A stretch of DNA of 53,158 nt from a virus (taxonomy: Duplodnaviria; Caudoviricetes). Every line of letters begins with the position of its first letter. The first letter of the stretch is position 1. The notes below the pieces were generated by a model. That model saw nothing but the letters and a program-made list of their open reading frames with translations. It made no database searches and was not told where the DNA came from. Below are positions 43,945 to 53,158 of this stretch, in pieces. The DNA is taken from positions 1 to 53,158 of IMG/VR virus record IMGVR_UViG_3300020183_000104. The stretch is one strand, 5' to 3'. The position numbers were made by a program, and so were the translations under genes.

Positions 43945-44368
43945 TTTACCGGAGGCTTCGAATGAAGCCGCTTTGCGGGAAGCATTTCCTGCTGTTGACC
44001 CCGGTGCTGTACCTGTAGGTGGTCGTATTTTGGTCCAGTGGCGTCAAACCCGCAAGACCGTGACCTCTGCTGGGCTACTTATCGTGGAAGAAACGAAAGA
44101 GACCGAGAAATGGAACAATCAAGTCGCGAAGGTGATAGCGATTGGACCGCTGGCATTTCGGAAGCGCGACACACTCGAACCCTGGCCGGAAGGCAATTGG
44201 GTGGAGGTGGGCGACTTCGTTCGAATGCCTAAATGGGGTGGTGACCGGTGGGAAGTTGTGTACGGCGACCCGAAGCTCGGTGAAACCGCGCTGTTCTCGA
44301 TATTTAACGACCACGAAGTGATCTCGAAAGTCACGGGTGACCCATTGAAAGTGAGGGCCTTCCTATGA
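43937..44368 (+). CDS. groES: GroES-like co-chaperonin
   Basis: PVGGRILV, TSAGLLI mobile loop, AKVIAIGP, VGDFV..KWGG and FNDHEVI. Confidence 0.85.
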   Translation: MTDLPEASNEAALREAFPAVDPGAVPVGGRILVQWRQTRKTVTSAGLLIVEETKETEKWNNQVAKVIAIGPLAFRKRDTLEPWPEGNWVEVGDFVRMPKWGGDRWEVVYGDPKLGETALFSIFNDHEVISKVTGDPLKVRAFL

Positions 44369-45345
44369 ACTCGACTGAAAAAGCAGAAATGCAAGTGTCC
44401 GTTGAACCGGACGGCTCGGCGATAGTCGAGATGGTTGCACCTGAAGAGGTGAATGTAGACCAAAAGCTCGAGGAGATCGGCGAACAGAACGGGTTTGTTA
44501 GAGCCGGTAACGATTCCGACGATGATCCGGAAAGGGAAGCGATTCGGGCGGCTAGGCGCGAGGAGCGGCACCTGAAGAAACGGCTTACCAAGGCCAAGAT
44601 CGAAGAGTCGGGTCACGTTATAAACTCGTTACGCCGTGAAAACGAGCGGATGGCTGAACGGCTAGCGGTCCTCGAACGGAAGACTGTGGGATCGGACCTC
44701 GCGCGACTCGATAAAGCGATCGAGGACTCGCAGGTCCGGTTGACGTACGCCAAGATGAAGATTAAAGAGGCGACCGAGCAGGCGGACGGTACTGGTCTCG
44801 CCGAAGCACAAGAGGCGTGGTACGATGCAAGAAGGCAAACCGAAGCTCTCGAAGCACTTAAACGAAAAGCCGTTCAAACCGGTCCTACTTCGAACGTTCC
44901 TCAAGCTCCGGACCCTTTACTTAAACGGCATGCTTCGGACTGGATGGCTAGGAATGATTGGTATGATCCCAATGGTCGCGACTTGGACTCGCAGATCACC
45001 ACCAAGATTGATGAAGCGTTAACAAAAGAAGGGTGGGATCCAAAGACCCCTGATTACTGGGATGAATTGGACAATAGATTGACAAAATACCTGCCCCACA
45101 GGTACAATTCGTCTAGTGTTGATCGTTCAACGTCAAATCGGAGACCTCGGTCTGTGGTAACTAGCTCTGGTAGAGAGTCCGCCTACGGCAATCGCAATGA
45201 CAGTAGCGCAGGATTTCATTTGTCACCAGAACGTGTCGCGGCTATCAAAGAAGCGGGTAGGTGGGATAATCTCGCCGAGCGCAAGAAAATGATCGCCAAC
45301 TACATGGAATATGACCGCATGCATGATTCGAGGAGAGGTAGATGA
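44365..45345 (+). CDS. capsid scaffolding protein
   Basis: Acidic N-terminus, long coiled coil, W..RN.W and YWDELD.RL; upstream of capsid genes. Confidence 0.7.
   Translation: MNSTEKAEMQVSVEPDGSAIVEMVAPEEVNVDQKLEEIGEQNGFVRAGNDSDDDPEREAIRAARREERHLKKRLTKAKIEESGHVINSLRRENERMAERLAVLERKTVGSDLARLDKAIEDSQVRLTYAKMKIKEATEQADGTGLAEAQEAWYDARRQTEALEALKRKAVQTGPTSNVPQAPDPLLKRHASDWMARNDWYDPNGRDLDSQITTKIDEALTKEGWDPKTPDYWDELDNRLTKYLPHRYNSSSVDRSTSNRRPRSVVTSSGRESAYGNRNDSSAGFHLSPERVAAIKEAGRWDNLAERKKMIANYMEYDRMHDSRRGR
45079..45108 (+). promoter_or_regulatory. possible internal promoter upstream of the capsid genes
   Basis: TTGACA-18-TACAAT inside the scaffold gene. Confidence 0.4.
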
Positions 45346-45878
45346 GAGACGAACGAATCAAAAAGAATCTTTCGGCAGGTGGCCGTGAGTCCCGCGCAAT
45401 GCAGGACGATAGACAGTCAGCTAACGAGAGCTTGGCAAGCAGCCGCGAACGTCGTAGGATGTTCAGAGATGAGTGGATGCAAGAATCCCTCCCCAAACCA
45501 CCCGGAATTCCGGGGTTTCATCTTTGTTGGCTTTCCTCCACCAATGGCTACGATCCCATCCACAAGCGATTGCGGATGGGTTACACGCCGGTAAAGCCCG
45601 AGGAAGTTCCTGGCTTTGAGAATTATCGAGTAAAAGCAGGGGAACACGAAGGCTTTATTGCATGTAACGAAATGCTACTGTACAAGATCCCGGAAGAGAT
45701 TTACCAAGGGATCATGGAAGAATTTCACCACTACGCTCCCCAAGACGAAGCGGATAAGATCCGGGTCCAGGCCGAGCAGCAGTTGGGTCGAGATTCGCGC
45801 GGTAGATCTCTCGGCACTCTCGAAGGTGAGGGCATTGCTTCCATGGATGAAGTACGTCCCGTTCCAGTATTTCACTGA
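45342..45878 (+). CDS. hypothetical head-module protein
   Basis: 178 aa between the scaffold and head genes; PGFHLCWLS and GYTPVK. Confidence 0.7.
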   Translation: MRDERIKKNLSAGGRESRAMQDDRQSANESLASSRERRRMFRDEWMQESLPKPPGIPGFHLCWLSSTNGYDPIHKRLRMGYTPVKPEEVPGFENYRVKAGEHEGFIACNEMLLYKIPEEIYQGIMEEFHHYAPQDEADKIRVQAEQQLGRDSRGRSLGTLEGEGIASMDEVRPVPVFH

Positions 45879-45903
45879 CGGATACTTTATTTAGGAGATA
45901 TCG

Positions 45904-46503
45904 ATGTCTGCAACATCTGCTCCGTTCGGCTTGCGTCCAGCATTTCACCCGTCGGGTCTGGACAGAGCTGCCGCGCTTGCCAACGGTATTCAGGCCGTTT
46001 CCACTTCCGGAAACGTTTCTTTGGGTTATGCCACCACCATTCTCAAGGGTCAGCCCGTGAAAATGAACACCGGTGGTTACATCGTGGTCGCTGCTGCCGG
46101 TGACGCCTTTTTGGGCGCTTTCGCCGGTGTCGAGTGGACTGATTCTACCGGTCGTCGCCGGGTTTCGAATTACTGGCCAGCCAGTGAATCGTTCCAGGTA
46201 GGCTCGGTCGTCGCCTATTATTACCAGGACCCCAACATCGTGTACGAGATCCAGGCTGACGGCACCCTTGCCCAGACCTCGATCGGTGATGAGGCTGACC
46301 TGAGCAATACTACGGCGGGTTCCACCACCACGGGTCTCTCGCAGTGCACACTGTCCACCACGCTCGCCGGTGCTGGTAATAGCGCGCAAATGCGTATTAT
46401 CGACATCGCGCCGTACCCGGACAATGCCTGGGGTGATGCATTTGTCATCGTACGTGCTCAAATTTCTGAGAGCCAGTACGTTGCCACCTCTAACGCTATC
46501 TAA
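45904..46503 (+). CDS. head decoration / minor capsid protein
   Basis: 199 aa; APFGLRP, G.F.GVEWTD and DPNIVYEIQAD; immediately before the MCP. Confidence 0.65.
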   Translation: MSATSAPFGLRPAFHPSGLDRAAALANGIQAVSTSGNVSLGYATTILKGQPVKMNTGGYIVVAAAGDAFLGAFAGVEWTDSTGRRRVSNYWPASESFQVGSVVAYYYQDPNIVYEIQADGTLAQTSIGDEADLSNTTAGSTTTGLSQCTLSTTLAGAGNSAQMRIIDIAPYPDNAWGDAFVIVRAQISESQYVATSNAI

Positions 46504-46516
46504 GGAGGGTTAAGAA

Positions 46517-47431
46517 ATGGCAGCCCCGATGCGCAGTACCGACTTTCGGTCGATAGTCGAGCCTATCCTTAACGAATGCTTCGACGGAATCTACGAGCAA
46601 CGCAAGGACGAGTGGTCGAGAGTCTTCCGCCAGGAACAAGGCATTCCTCGTAATTACCACGAAGAACCAGTCCTGTACGGATTTGGTGCCGCACCCCAAC
46701 TGCCTGATGGCACTCCGGTGACTTATCAGCAGGGTGGCGTGCTCTTCCTGAAGCGCTATGTGTACAACGTTTATGGCTTGGCCTTTGCGTTGACCAAAGT
46801 GCTTGTAGAAGACGGTGACCACATCCGGATTGGTCAGGTTTACGCCAAGCACCTCGCACAGTCTCTAATCGAGACCAAAGAGACGCTTTCGGCGAACGTG
46901 CTTAACCGTGCTTTCAACAGCTCCTACCCGGGTGGTGATGGCGTCCAGTTGAACTCGGCTTCACATCCGATCGTCAACGGCACCTTCAGCAACCTGTTGT
47001 CTACTGCTGCGAACCTTTCGCAGACCTCGCTTGAGCAGATGCTCATTCAGGTCCGTCAGGCCGTGGACAACAACGGCAAGAAGATCCGTCTTGTGCCTCG
47101 CCAATTGGTGGTCGCATCCGGTAATGTCTTCCAGGCCGAAGTGTTGCTTAAGTCTGTGCTCCGTGCAGGTACCGCGAACAACGACATCAACCCGGTCAAG
47201 TCGATTGGCTTGCTCGACGAGGGTGCCGCAGTTCTGTCGCGTCTTACCTCCGCTACGGCTTGGTGGGTGCAGACCGATGCTCCGGAAGGTATGAAACTGT
47301 TGATGCGTCGTGCACTTGAGAAGACGATGGAAGGCGATTTCGAAACTGACTCGATGCGCTACAAGGCGACCGAGCGTTACGACGTCGGCTTCACCGATCC
47401 TCGAGCCATGTACGGCACTCCAGGCGTCTAA
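46517..47431 (+). CDS. major capsid protein
   Basis: 304 aa; LAFALT..LVED, GGDGVQL.S.SHP, L..TSLEQ and YKATERY..GFTDPR..YG.PG. Confidence 0.9.
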   Translation: MAAPMRSTDFRSIVEPILNECFDGIYEQRKDEWSRVFRQEQGIPRNYHEEPVLYGFGAAPQLPDGTPVTYQQGGVLFLKRYVYNVYGLAFALTKVLVEDGDHIRIGQVYAKHLAQSLIETKETLSANVLNRAFNSSYPGGDGVQLNSASHPIVNGTFSNLLSTAANLSQTSLEQMLIQVRQAVDNNGKKIRLVPRQLVVASGNVFQAEVLLKSVLRAGTANNDINPVKSIGLLDEGAAVLSRLTSATAWWVQTDAPEGMKLLMRRALEKTMEGDFETDSMRYKATERYDVGFTDPRAMYGTPGV

Positions 47432-47437
47432 ACCGAA

Positions 47438-47457
47438 GAGGGAGCGAAAGCTCCCTC
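47438..47457 (+). terminator. GAAA-tetraloop hairpin after the MCP (weak terminator or mRNA stabiliser)
   Basis: GAGGGAGC-GAAA-GCTCCCTC; no clear U-tract. Confidence 0.5.
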
Positions 47458-47476
47458 GTCTTCAAGGAGAAAGACG

Positions 47477-47869
47477 ATGGCGTACAACAATTCGGTGACT
47501 AACATCGCGGGAGTACTTTCCGCGATCACGACCACTATTGCTTATACCGATACTTCTGCGGTAACGATTGGAACTCTTCCGAAGAATGCACAGATCGTGG
47601 ATATTAATATCGACGTGACCACGGCATTTAACGCGGGAACCACCAATACCGTTACGGTAGGGAAAACCGGATCTGCTGCGGCTTTTGTCGCCGCGACTTC
47701 GGTAGGTTCAGCGGGTCGTGTTTCAGTGGCTACCACTGGGGTGTACAGCGCTTGGGCGGATGTTGGAAACAGTGACGTGGACTACGCTACTGTGATTTAC
47801 AGCCAAACAGGTACTGCCGCTTCCGCTGGTGTGGCTCGTGTGACGATCGTTTACAAATCCTTCGCGTAA
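47477..47869 (+). CDS. structural protein (capsid accessory)
   Basis: 130 aa; LPKNAQIVDI.IDVTTAFNAGT. Confidence 0.65.
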   Translation: MAYNNSVTNIAGVLSAITTTIAYTDTSAVTIGTLPKNAQIVDINIDVTTAFNAGTTNTVTVGKTGSAAAFVAATSVGSAGRVSVATTGVYSAWADVGNSDVDYATVIYSQTGTAASAGVARVTIVYKSFA

Positions 47870-47878
47870 GGGGACATC

Positions 47879-48724
47879 ATGGGCCAATTCAAACCGATGG
47901 TCAAAATGATGACTACCGAGCCTTCGGTCATTCTGAAGCTGAAGGATGGTGGTTCTGCCTCGCATAAGCGGCTCATGAAAGAGGGCGGCGAAATGGGGCA
48001 TAAACCCATGGGAAAAGCGATCGGTGGCGCGATGGGCGCTTTAGCGGGTTCACCCCCTCCGACCACCCCAATGGGAAACCCTGTAGCAGCTAAGGCTATG
48101 GCGGCTCGTCGTATGGCGAAAATGCCTACCCCTCCTGCGGCTTCGGTACCCCGAGTTGGACCTGCTCCCGTGCCACCAGCAATGCCAATGGGTCGTCCGA
48201 TGATGCGCAAGAATGGCGGCGCATTAGAGGCACTCAAAGCACATGCGGGGAAACCTGCCTCAAAAGCTCACAAGGGGTTGAGGACTGGCGGAGTCGCTAA
48301 GTCGACGAAACCGGGTGAGTATGCTACCGGTGGTGTGGTAGATGGGCAGGGCGGTTTCAAGAATGGTGGTATCATCAAGACGATGGCCAAGAAGACGACG
48401 AAGGTGGTAGAGGCTAGGCCTGACCACAATTCAGCTCCGACCGGTGACGTCAAGATGGGTAATGCTGGTGGCTACAAGAAGGGTGGCATGGCCATGGTCA
48501 AGAAAGATGGCAAAAAAGTGCCAGCATTTCTTGCTAAGGCAAAGGGTATGATGGGTGGTGGTATGGCTTATGAGAAAGGTGGTTCCACAAAAAAGTGCTA
48601 CGCTACGGGGGGTCTTGTTGATTCAGGCAAACCCGTAGCGATGCCGAAAAAGGCACCTTCTGAACCTGTCGCGACCTCCCAGGAAGCTGGGACGTTCAAG
48701 AGGGGCGGTGAGGTAGCCTGTTAA
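47879..48724 (+). CDS. basic, low-complexity protein with 12 xxxGG repeats (putative internal head protein)
   Basis: 281 aa, K/M/G/P/A-rich; LKDGG, MKEGG, YATGG, FKNGG, YKKGG, YEKGG, FKRGG and others. Confidence 0.75.
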   Translation: MGQFKPMVKMMTTEPSVILKLKDGGSASHKRLMKEGGEMGHKPMGKAIGGAMGALAGSPPPTTPMGNPVAAKAMAARRMAKMPTPPAASVPRVGPAPVPPAMPMGRPMMRKNGGALEALKAHAGKPASKAHKGLRTGGVAKSTKPGEYATGGVVDGQGGFKNGGIIKTMAKKTTKVVEARPDHNSAPTGDVKMGNAGGYKKGGMAMVKKDGKKVPAFLAKAKGMMGGGMAYEKGGSTKKCYATGGLVDSGKPVAMPKKAPSEPVATSQEAGTFKRGGEVAC

Positions 48725-48728
48725 TAGT

Positions 48729-48746
48729 TGGGGGCTTCGGCCCCCA
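48729..48746 (+). terminator. UUCG hairpin, putative terminator
   Basis: TGGGGGC-TTCG-GCCCCCA directly after the stop codon. Confidence 0.55.
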
Positions 48747-48764
48747 CTAACTCTGGGGTAAGCG

Positions 48765-49046
48765 ATGAGCACCTTAACAAATGTTTTTTCGGCCCACGCA
48801 GATGCGACCGGAACCGTGTATAGTGGGGCGACTAACCTCGGCGGCTATCAAGTAGGACCCGGAGGTGTGGCTGGCGAGATCGTCCTCCGTGACGGTGGCG
48901 CTGCAGGAACTGTTAGGTTAAGATTCAATTTAACGACGAATACTGCAATTATTTCGACTTTAATTCCTGGTAATGGAATACGTTTCAATTCAAATATTCA
49001 TGCGACTCTGCCTGCTAATGCAGCAATCACCATATTCTGCGGGTAG
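48765..49046 (+). CDS. hypothetical structural protein
   Basis: 93 aa; LRDGGA.G..IPGNGIRF. Confidence 0.65.
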   Translation: MSTLTNVFSAHADATGTVYSGATNLGGYQVGPGGVAGEIVLRDGGAAGTVRLRFNLTTNTAIISTLIPGNGIRFNSNIHATLPANAAITIFCG

Positions 49047-49049
49047 GTT

Positions 49050-49598
49050 ATGCCTGCCAAATCCAAGGCTCAATTTCGACTAATGAAAGCGGCGGAGAGC
49101 AATCCCGCTTTCGCCAGAAAGGTCGGAATTCCGTCTACGGTAGCTGCTGAATACACCGCTAGTAACGTCAAAGGAAAGTCCTACGGTAAGCTTCCTGAAA
49201 AGATGGCTGAAGGTGGTCTTTATGCGAATATTAATGCTAAACGTGCTAGAATCGCTGAAGGCTCTGGCGAGAAAATGCGGAAGCCCGGTTCTGCTGGTGC
49301 TCCGACGGATAAGGCCTTCCGAGATTCTGCGAAAACTGCAAAGTTTGCGCGCGGCGGTGTTGCACTTGCTGTCGGGCGTGGTGAAAAGCTTGCGACATCT
49401 GAGGGCGCGGGACTCACGGCAAAAGGAAGAGCCAAGTACAACCGAGAAACCGGATCGAACCTCAAAGCCCCACAACCTCAAGGGGGTTCACGGAAGGATA
49501 GTTTCTGTGCTAGAATGTCGGGTGTCGTGAAGAACGCATCGGGTGATGCACCACGGGCTAAGGCGAGTCTCCGCAGATGGAAATGCCCCGGATGGTAA
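49050..49598 (+). CDS. basic hypothetical protein, apparently a fusion of small modules
   Basis: MPAKSKAQFRLM | MAEGGLYANINAKR..MRKPG..GAPT | FARGG..GAGLTAKGRAKYNRETGSNLK..SFCARM..SLRRWKC. Confidence 0.75.
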   Translation: MPAKSKAQFRLMKAAESNPAFARKVGIPSTVAAEYTASNVKGKSYGKLPEKMAEGGLYANINAKRARIAEGSGEKMRKPGSAGAPTDKAFRDSAKTAKFARGGVALAVGRGEKLATSEGAGLTAKGRAKYNRETGSNLKAPQPQGGSRKDSFCARMSGVVKNASGDAPRAKASLRRWKCPGW

Positions 49599-49607
49599 AG
49601 GACTTTA

Positions 49608-50684
49608 ATGACGACTTCGGGTACAGTCGGCACCACAATAGTAACAGTTCAAGAGTTCATAGACGAGGGTGCTCGCAAGTGCGGTAAACTTGCGGAAGAG
49701 CTTACCAACGAACAGACTCGATCGGCCAAGCAGAATCTTACTTTCCTGCTTTCGGCGCTGATAAACAAAGGTATCCAGTATTGGGCGATCGACAAGATCG
49801 TGATAGGTCTAAAACCCGACCAGTACCAATACGAATTACCGTTAGGCTCGAATGACGCGCTCAACGTGCTTTACCGCACGATGAATCGGCCCTCGGGTAC
49901 GTACGCGACCTCGGCGGGTGGGACGGCGGCTTTCGCTTTCGATAGTGATACGAGTACTTTCTGCCAGCAAACGTCGACGAATGGTAACATCTCGGTTCAG
50001 TACGGGTCGGGGAACCCCCAGTACATAGGCTCAATCGGACTTCTCCCTTACGTTTCGGGCGGCGGTGATGCGGTTTGGACGTTGATCCTTGAATACTCGA
50101 ACGACCTTGGGGTTACCTGGAATACACTCGAAGACCTGGGGACTGTGACCGTCACCGATGATCAGTGGTTATGGACCGATATAGATCCGGGGCAGAATGT
50201 TACCGGATACCGCGTCCGGGCCTCCGGAGGTACCACGCTTGCACTTAGAGAGTTCTATCTGGGTAATAATAGCCGAGAGATTCAGATGGCCCGTCTGAAC
50301 CGCGACGACTACACGAACTTGCCTAATAAAAACTTTACCGCGAACCAGCCCTACCAGTATTGGTTCGATCGCACAATTCCGAAGCCCACGCTCTACTTGT
50401 GGCCAACGCCGAGCGATGCATTCATCCAGATGACCGTTTGGTACTCGCGGCTCGTTCAGGACGTAGGTAAGCTTTCGAACACGCTCGAGATCCCCGATCG
50501 GTGGTGTTTGGCCATTCAGTACATGCTCGCGCAGCACATGTCGCTTTCGCTCCCTGGAGTCGCCGTAGACCGTGCAAAGTACCTGAAAGAACTCGCTGAT
50601 CAGTATTTTAACGAGGCTGAGCAGGAAGAGCGTGACAAATCCCCGATTTACTGGGCACCAAACATTGCAGTGTACACTCGGTAA
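49608..50684 (+). CDS. head-tail connector / tail tubular protein
   Basis: 358 aa; MTTSGT N-terminus, RDDYTNLPNK, QYWFDR..LYLWPTP and EERDK. Confidence 0.65.
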   Translation: MTTSGTVGTTIVTVQEFIDEGARKCGKLAEELTNEQTRSAKQNLTFLLSALINKGIQYWAIDKIVIGLKPDQYQYELPLGSNDALNVLYRTMNRPSGTYATSAGGTAAFAFDSDTSTFCQQTSTNGNISVQYGSGNPQYIGSIGLLPYVSGGGDAVWTLILEYSNDLGVTWNTLEDLGTVTVTDDQWLWTDIDPGQNVTGYRVRASGGTTLALREFYLGNNSREIQMARLNRDDYTNLPNKNFTANQPYQYWFDRTIPKPTLYLWPTPSDAFIQMTVWYSRLVQDVGKLSNTLEIPDRWCLAIQYMLAQHMSLSLPGVAVDRAKYLKELADQYFNEAEQEERDKSPIYWAPNIAVYTR

Positions 50685-51025
50685 TGCCAATCTTTCTGGA
50701 TAGTACCGGAAATTCTTCGCTCGCGATTGCGATTTGCGATCGTTGCAAGATGAAACGTTATTATTCGGTGATGCGTAAGGACCCTAATTTCCCGGGACTT
50801 CGAGTCTGTGACCAGGGTTGCGCCGACCAGTTCGACCCGTACCGATTGCCAGCTAGAAAAACCGAGCGGATCAACCTCCGATTTCCCCGACCCGACGAGT
50901 CGGTGGCAGATACGAACGAATATTTAGTTACTAGCACAGGGAACAATCTGCAAATCTCTTCTACGCAGAATAACAACACTCCGGGCAATAACGGTAATAT
51001 AAACCCCTTGACTCCGAGCACCTGA
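50684..51025 (+). CDS. Cys-rich hypothetical protein
   Basis: AICDRC..RVCDQGC.D..DP..PRPD. Confidence 0.65.
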   Translation: MPIFLDSTGNSSLAIAICDRCKMKRYYSVMRKDPNFPGLRVCDQGCADQFDPYRLPARKTERINLRFPRPDESVADTNEYLVTSTGNNLQISSTQNNNTPGNNGNINPLTPST

Positions 51026-51026
51026 T

Positions 51027-52727
51027 ATGGCCGCACAAATCCCCATTAATCAGCTCCCGCCAGCTGGTCCAATCACGGGTCAAGAGCTAGTACCGATTGT
51101 CCAAAACGGGCAGACGGTGCAGACGACGACATTCGATATCTCGTCTTCGCCGAGTCAAACGCAATCGTTTTTAACAGTAAATCAGGAACTCTCGCTCGCC
51201 AACAGCCGTTATTTGGCGGTAAATACTGGTCTCGGACTTACTAACGGTGGATCGGGCTCTTTCCTGCGAATTTCGCTCAACGGTGCTTCCGGGTCGCTCG
51301 AGGCAGCGGGTAGCGGCATAATCGTTAAGAATTCGGCCAGTACGGTAGTAGCAAGACAGATCGCGACTTCCGGTGCAGGTCTTTCGGTCGCTGACGCTGA
51401 CGGTACTGGGGCTAACCCCACGCTTTCGCTTTCAGGTCTTGCTGCGGCTTTTGCAAACCTGGGCGGTTCCGGGATTCCTTACGTTAATGCGGGTACTACC
51501 ACCGGATTACGATTAATCGCGGGGACCGCTGGTCAAATCGACGTCGCGAATGGCAACGCAGTAGCAGGCAACCCGACGATAAGTATTACAAGCAATCCAA
51601 CCATTCCAGGAACAGCGGGAATGCTCGTTCCGGCTGGTACAACTGGGCAGCGAACCGGATCACCGTCAAATGGGATTGTCCGGTATAACTCCACAACGCA
51701 GACCTTTGAGGGTTATGCGAACAGTGCCTGGAGGGATTTTGCGCTCACAGGTGGGGTTACGTCTTTCGATGCCGGAACCACGGGCTTAACGCCTGCGGGG
51801 GCTACCACCGGTGCTATTACGCTTGCTGGCGTACTGATTGGCGCTAACGGCGGTACGGGCGTTGCTAATACGGGTAAGGCCATTACTTTAGGCGGTTCGC
51901 TGACGCTTTCTGGTGCGCATGACTTAACGCTCACGCAGACCGGCGCAACCAATGTTACGCTCCCCACCACGGGAACCTTGGCGACGCTGGCGGGTTCTGA
52001 AACGCTGACTAATAAAACGATCAGTGGCTCTAACAATACGTTTAGCAATATTGGCAATTTAAGTCTGACCAATTCCTCGATGACTATTAACGGTTCCTCG
52101 GTAAGTCTCGGGGGGTCAGTTACGGTCACCGCTACTGCATCCAATGCGTTAACAATCAGCACAGGCTTAAGCGGCACGAGTTACAACGGCTCAACGGCGG
52201 TAATAATCGCAATCAGCAACACGGGGGTTGGCGCGGGTTCATATGCCCCGATGGGTCCCTTAGGTGCTGCATATGTACCATCGATTACCATCAATGCTCA
52301 GGGGCAGATCACGGCGGCTACCGATAGCCTTATAGGGATTAATGCTTCGCAGGTAACGGAAGGCACGCTTATTATTGCTCGTGGAGGCACAAACGGCTCC
52401 GCAACACCAATCGCAGGCGCAGTGCCTTACGGAAATGGAACGGCGTATGCGTTTTCGGTTGCAGGTAATGCTTCAGAGGTCTTGCTTTCTGGAGGCACGG
52501 GTTCGCCAACTTGGGCTGCGCAAAGCACGCTTTCCGTAGGAACGGCCACCAATGCAGTGAATATCGGCATCACTGATGACACGACAACCAACGCAACAAT
52601 GTATCCCGTTTGGGTGACTGCAAACACCGGAAACCTTCTGGCCAAAGTTTCTTCAACGAAGTTAAGTTTTAACCCTTCGACGGGTATTCTTACCGCCACT
52701 GGTGGCATTGCTGGCGGCGCTTTCTGA
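51027..52727 (+). CDS. tail fibre protein
   Basis: 566 aa, Gly/Thr/Ala-rich; [20 protein letters not shown] and NGGTG repeats; ends GGIAGGAF. Confidence 0.75.
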   Translation: MAAQIPINQLPPAGPITGQELVPIVQNGQTVQTTTFDISSSPSQTQSFLTVNQELSLANSRYLAVNTGLGLTNGGSGSFLRISLNGASGSLEAAGSGIIVKNSASTVVARQIATSGAGLSVADADGTGANPTLSLSGLAAAFANLGGSGIPYVNAGTTTGLRLIAGTAGQIDVANGNAVAGNPTISITSNPTIPGTAGMLVPAGTTGQRTGSPSNGIVRYNSTTQTFEGYANSAWRDFALTGGVTSFDAGTTGLTPAGATTGAITLAGVLIGANGGTGVANTGKAITLGGSLTLSGAHDLTLTQTGATNVTLPTTGTLATLAGSETLTNKTISGSNNTFSNIGNLSLTNSSMTINGSSVSLGGSVTVTATASNALTISTGLSGTSYNGSTAVIIAISNTGVGAGSYAPMGPLGAAYVPSITINAQGQITAATDSLIGINASQVTEGTLIIARGGTNGSATPIAGAVPYGNGTAYAFSVAGNASEVLLSGGTGSPTWAAQSTLSVGTATNAVNIGITDDTTTNATMYPVWVTANTGNLLAKVSSTKLSFNPSTGILTATGGIAGGAF

Positions 52728-52736
52728 GGAAAAAAC

Positions 52737-53158
52737 ATGGCACAAGCAGGCTTTACGCCCATTCTTATTTACGGCAGCAGTACAGCTTCAGCAACCCCAA
52801 CGGCAGGCAACCTTACGTCGTCGGCTAATGGTGTTGAACTTGCACTAAACTACGCCGATGGGCGCTTGTTTTACAAGGATAACGCTGGTACTCCAGCCGT
52901 GCAGATCATTGGCGCGAGACTTGGCGCGAATGTAACAGTTGGTGGGACTATAGCCGCTGGGTTTGGAACAGCAACAGGCGTAACCGGAAGTGGGGCATTC
53001 GTGTTCGCCGCTTCACCCACGCTCACGGGAACTGTGTCGGCGGCAGCGGCCACGCTGTCTGGGAACCTGACGCTCAACGGCGGCACCGCCAACGGCGTGT
53101 TGTTCCTGAACGGCAGCAAGGTAGCGACATCTGGTAGTGCGCTGACGTTTGATGGGAC
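52737..53158 (+). CDS. tail fibre protein, truncated by the window end
   Basis: GAGGA RBS; MAQAGFTPILIY..ELALNYADGRLFYKD.. open to the end of the window. Confidence 0.75.
   Translation, partial: MAQAGFTPILIYGSSTASATPTAGNLTSSANGVELALNYADGRLFYKDNAGTPAVQIIGARLGANVTVGGTIAAGFGTATGVTGSGAFVFAASPTLTGTVSAAAATLSGNLTLNGGTANGVLFLNGSKVATSGSALTFDG

Noticed and set aside
1-53158. Integrase, repressor or prophage boundaries
   Set aside because: No recombinase or CI-like ORF and no host genes recognised; consistent with a lytic phage contig

Overview
Near-complete, circularly permuted genome of a tailed dsDNA phage, probably podovirus-like. The gap lies in the tail-fibre region, and essentially all genes are on the + strand. 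Layout: lysis (1-1.2 kb); tail and large ejection/internal virion proteins (1.2-15.9 kb); replication and early module (16.4-37.2 kb); terminase, portal, GroES, scaffold, capsid and tail fibres (37.7-53.1 kb). The replication module carries a complete 2-aminoadenine (Z-genome) cluster, dpoZ-purZ-mazZ-datZ, followed by a histone-deacetylase-family gene. Less expected: (i) two ~265-bp imperfect inverted copies of a GTTCCA/TGGAAC box array with an AT-rich core bracket the whole replication/early module, and each has its own sigma70 promoter firing outward into it (candidate paired, strand-specific, transcription-primed origins or ncRNAs); (ii) a [YFML]-x-x-G-G-x-[VIAM] motif recurs in several virion-type proteins, 12 times in one basic protein, suggesting diglycine maturation cleavage or targeting; (iii) two distant paralogues carry internal twin-arginine-like motifs; (iv) there is a candidate ~85-nt sRNA and microhomology scars from early-gene shuffling. 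Functional calls come from motif recognition by eye; no database searches were run.
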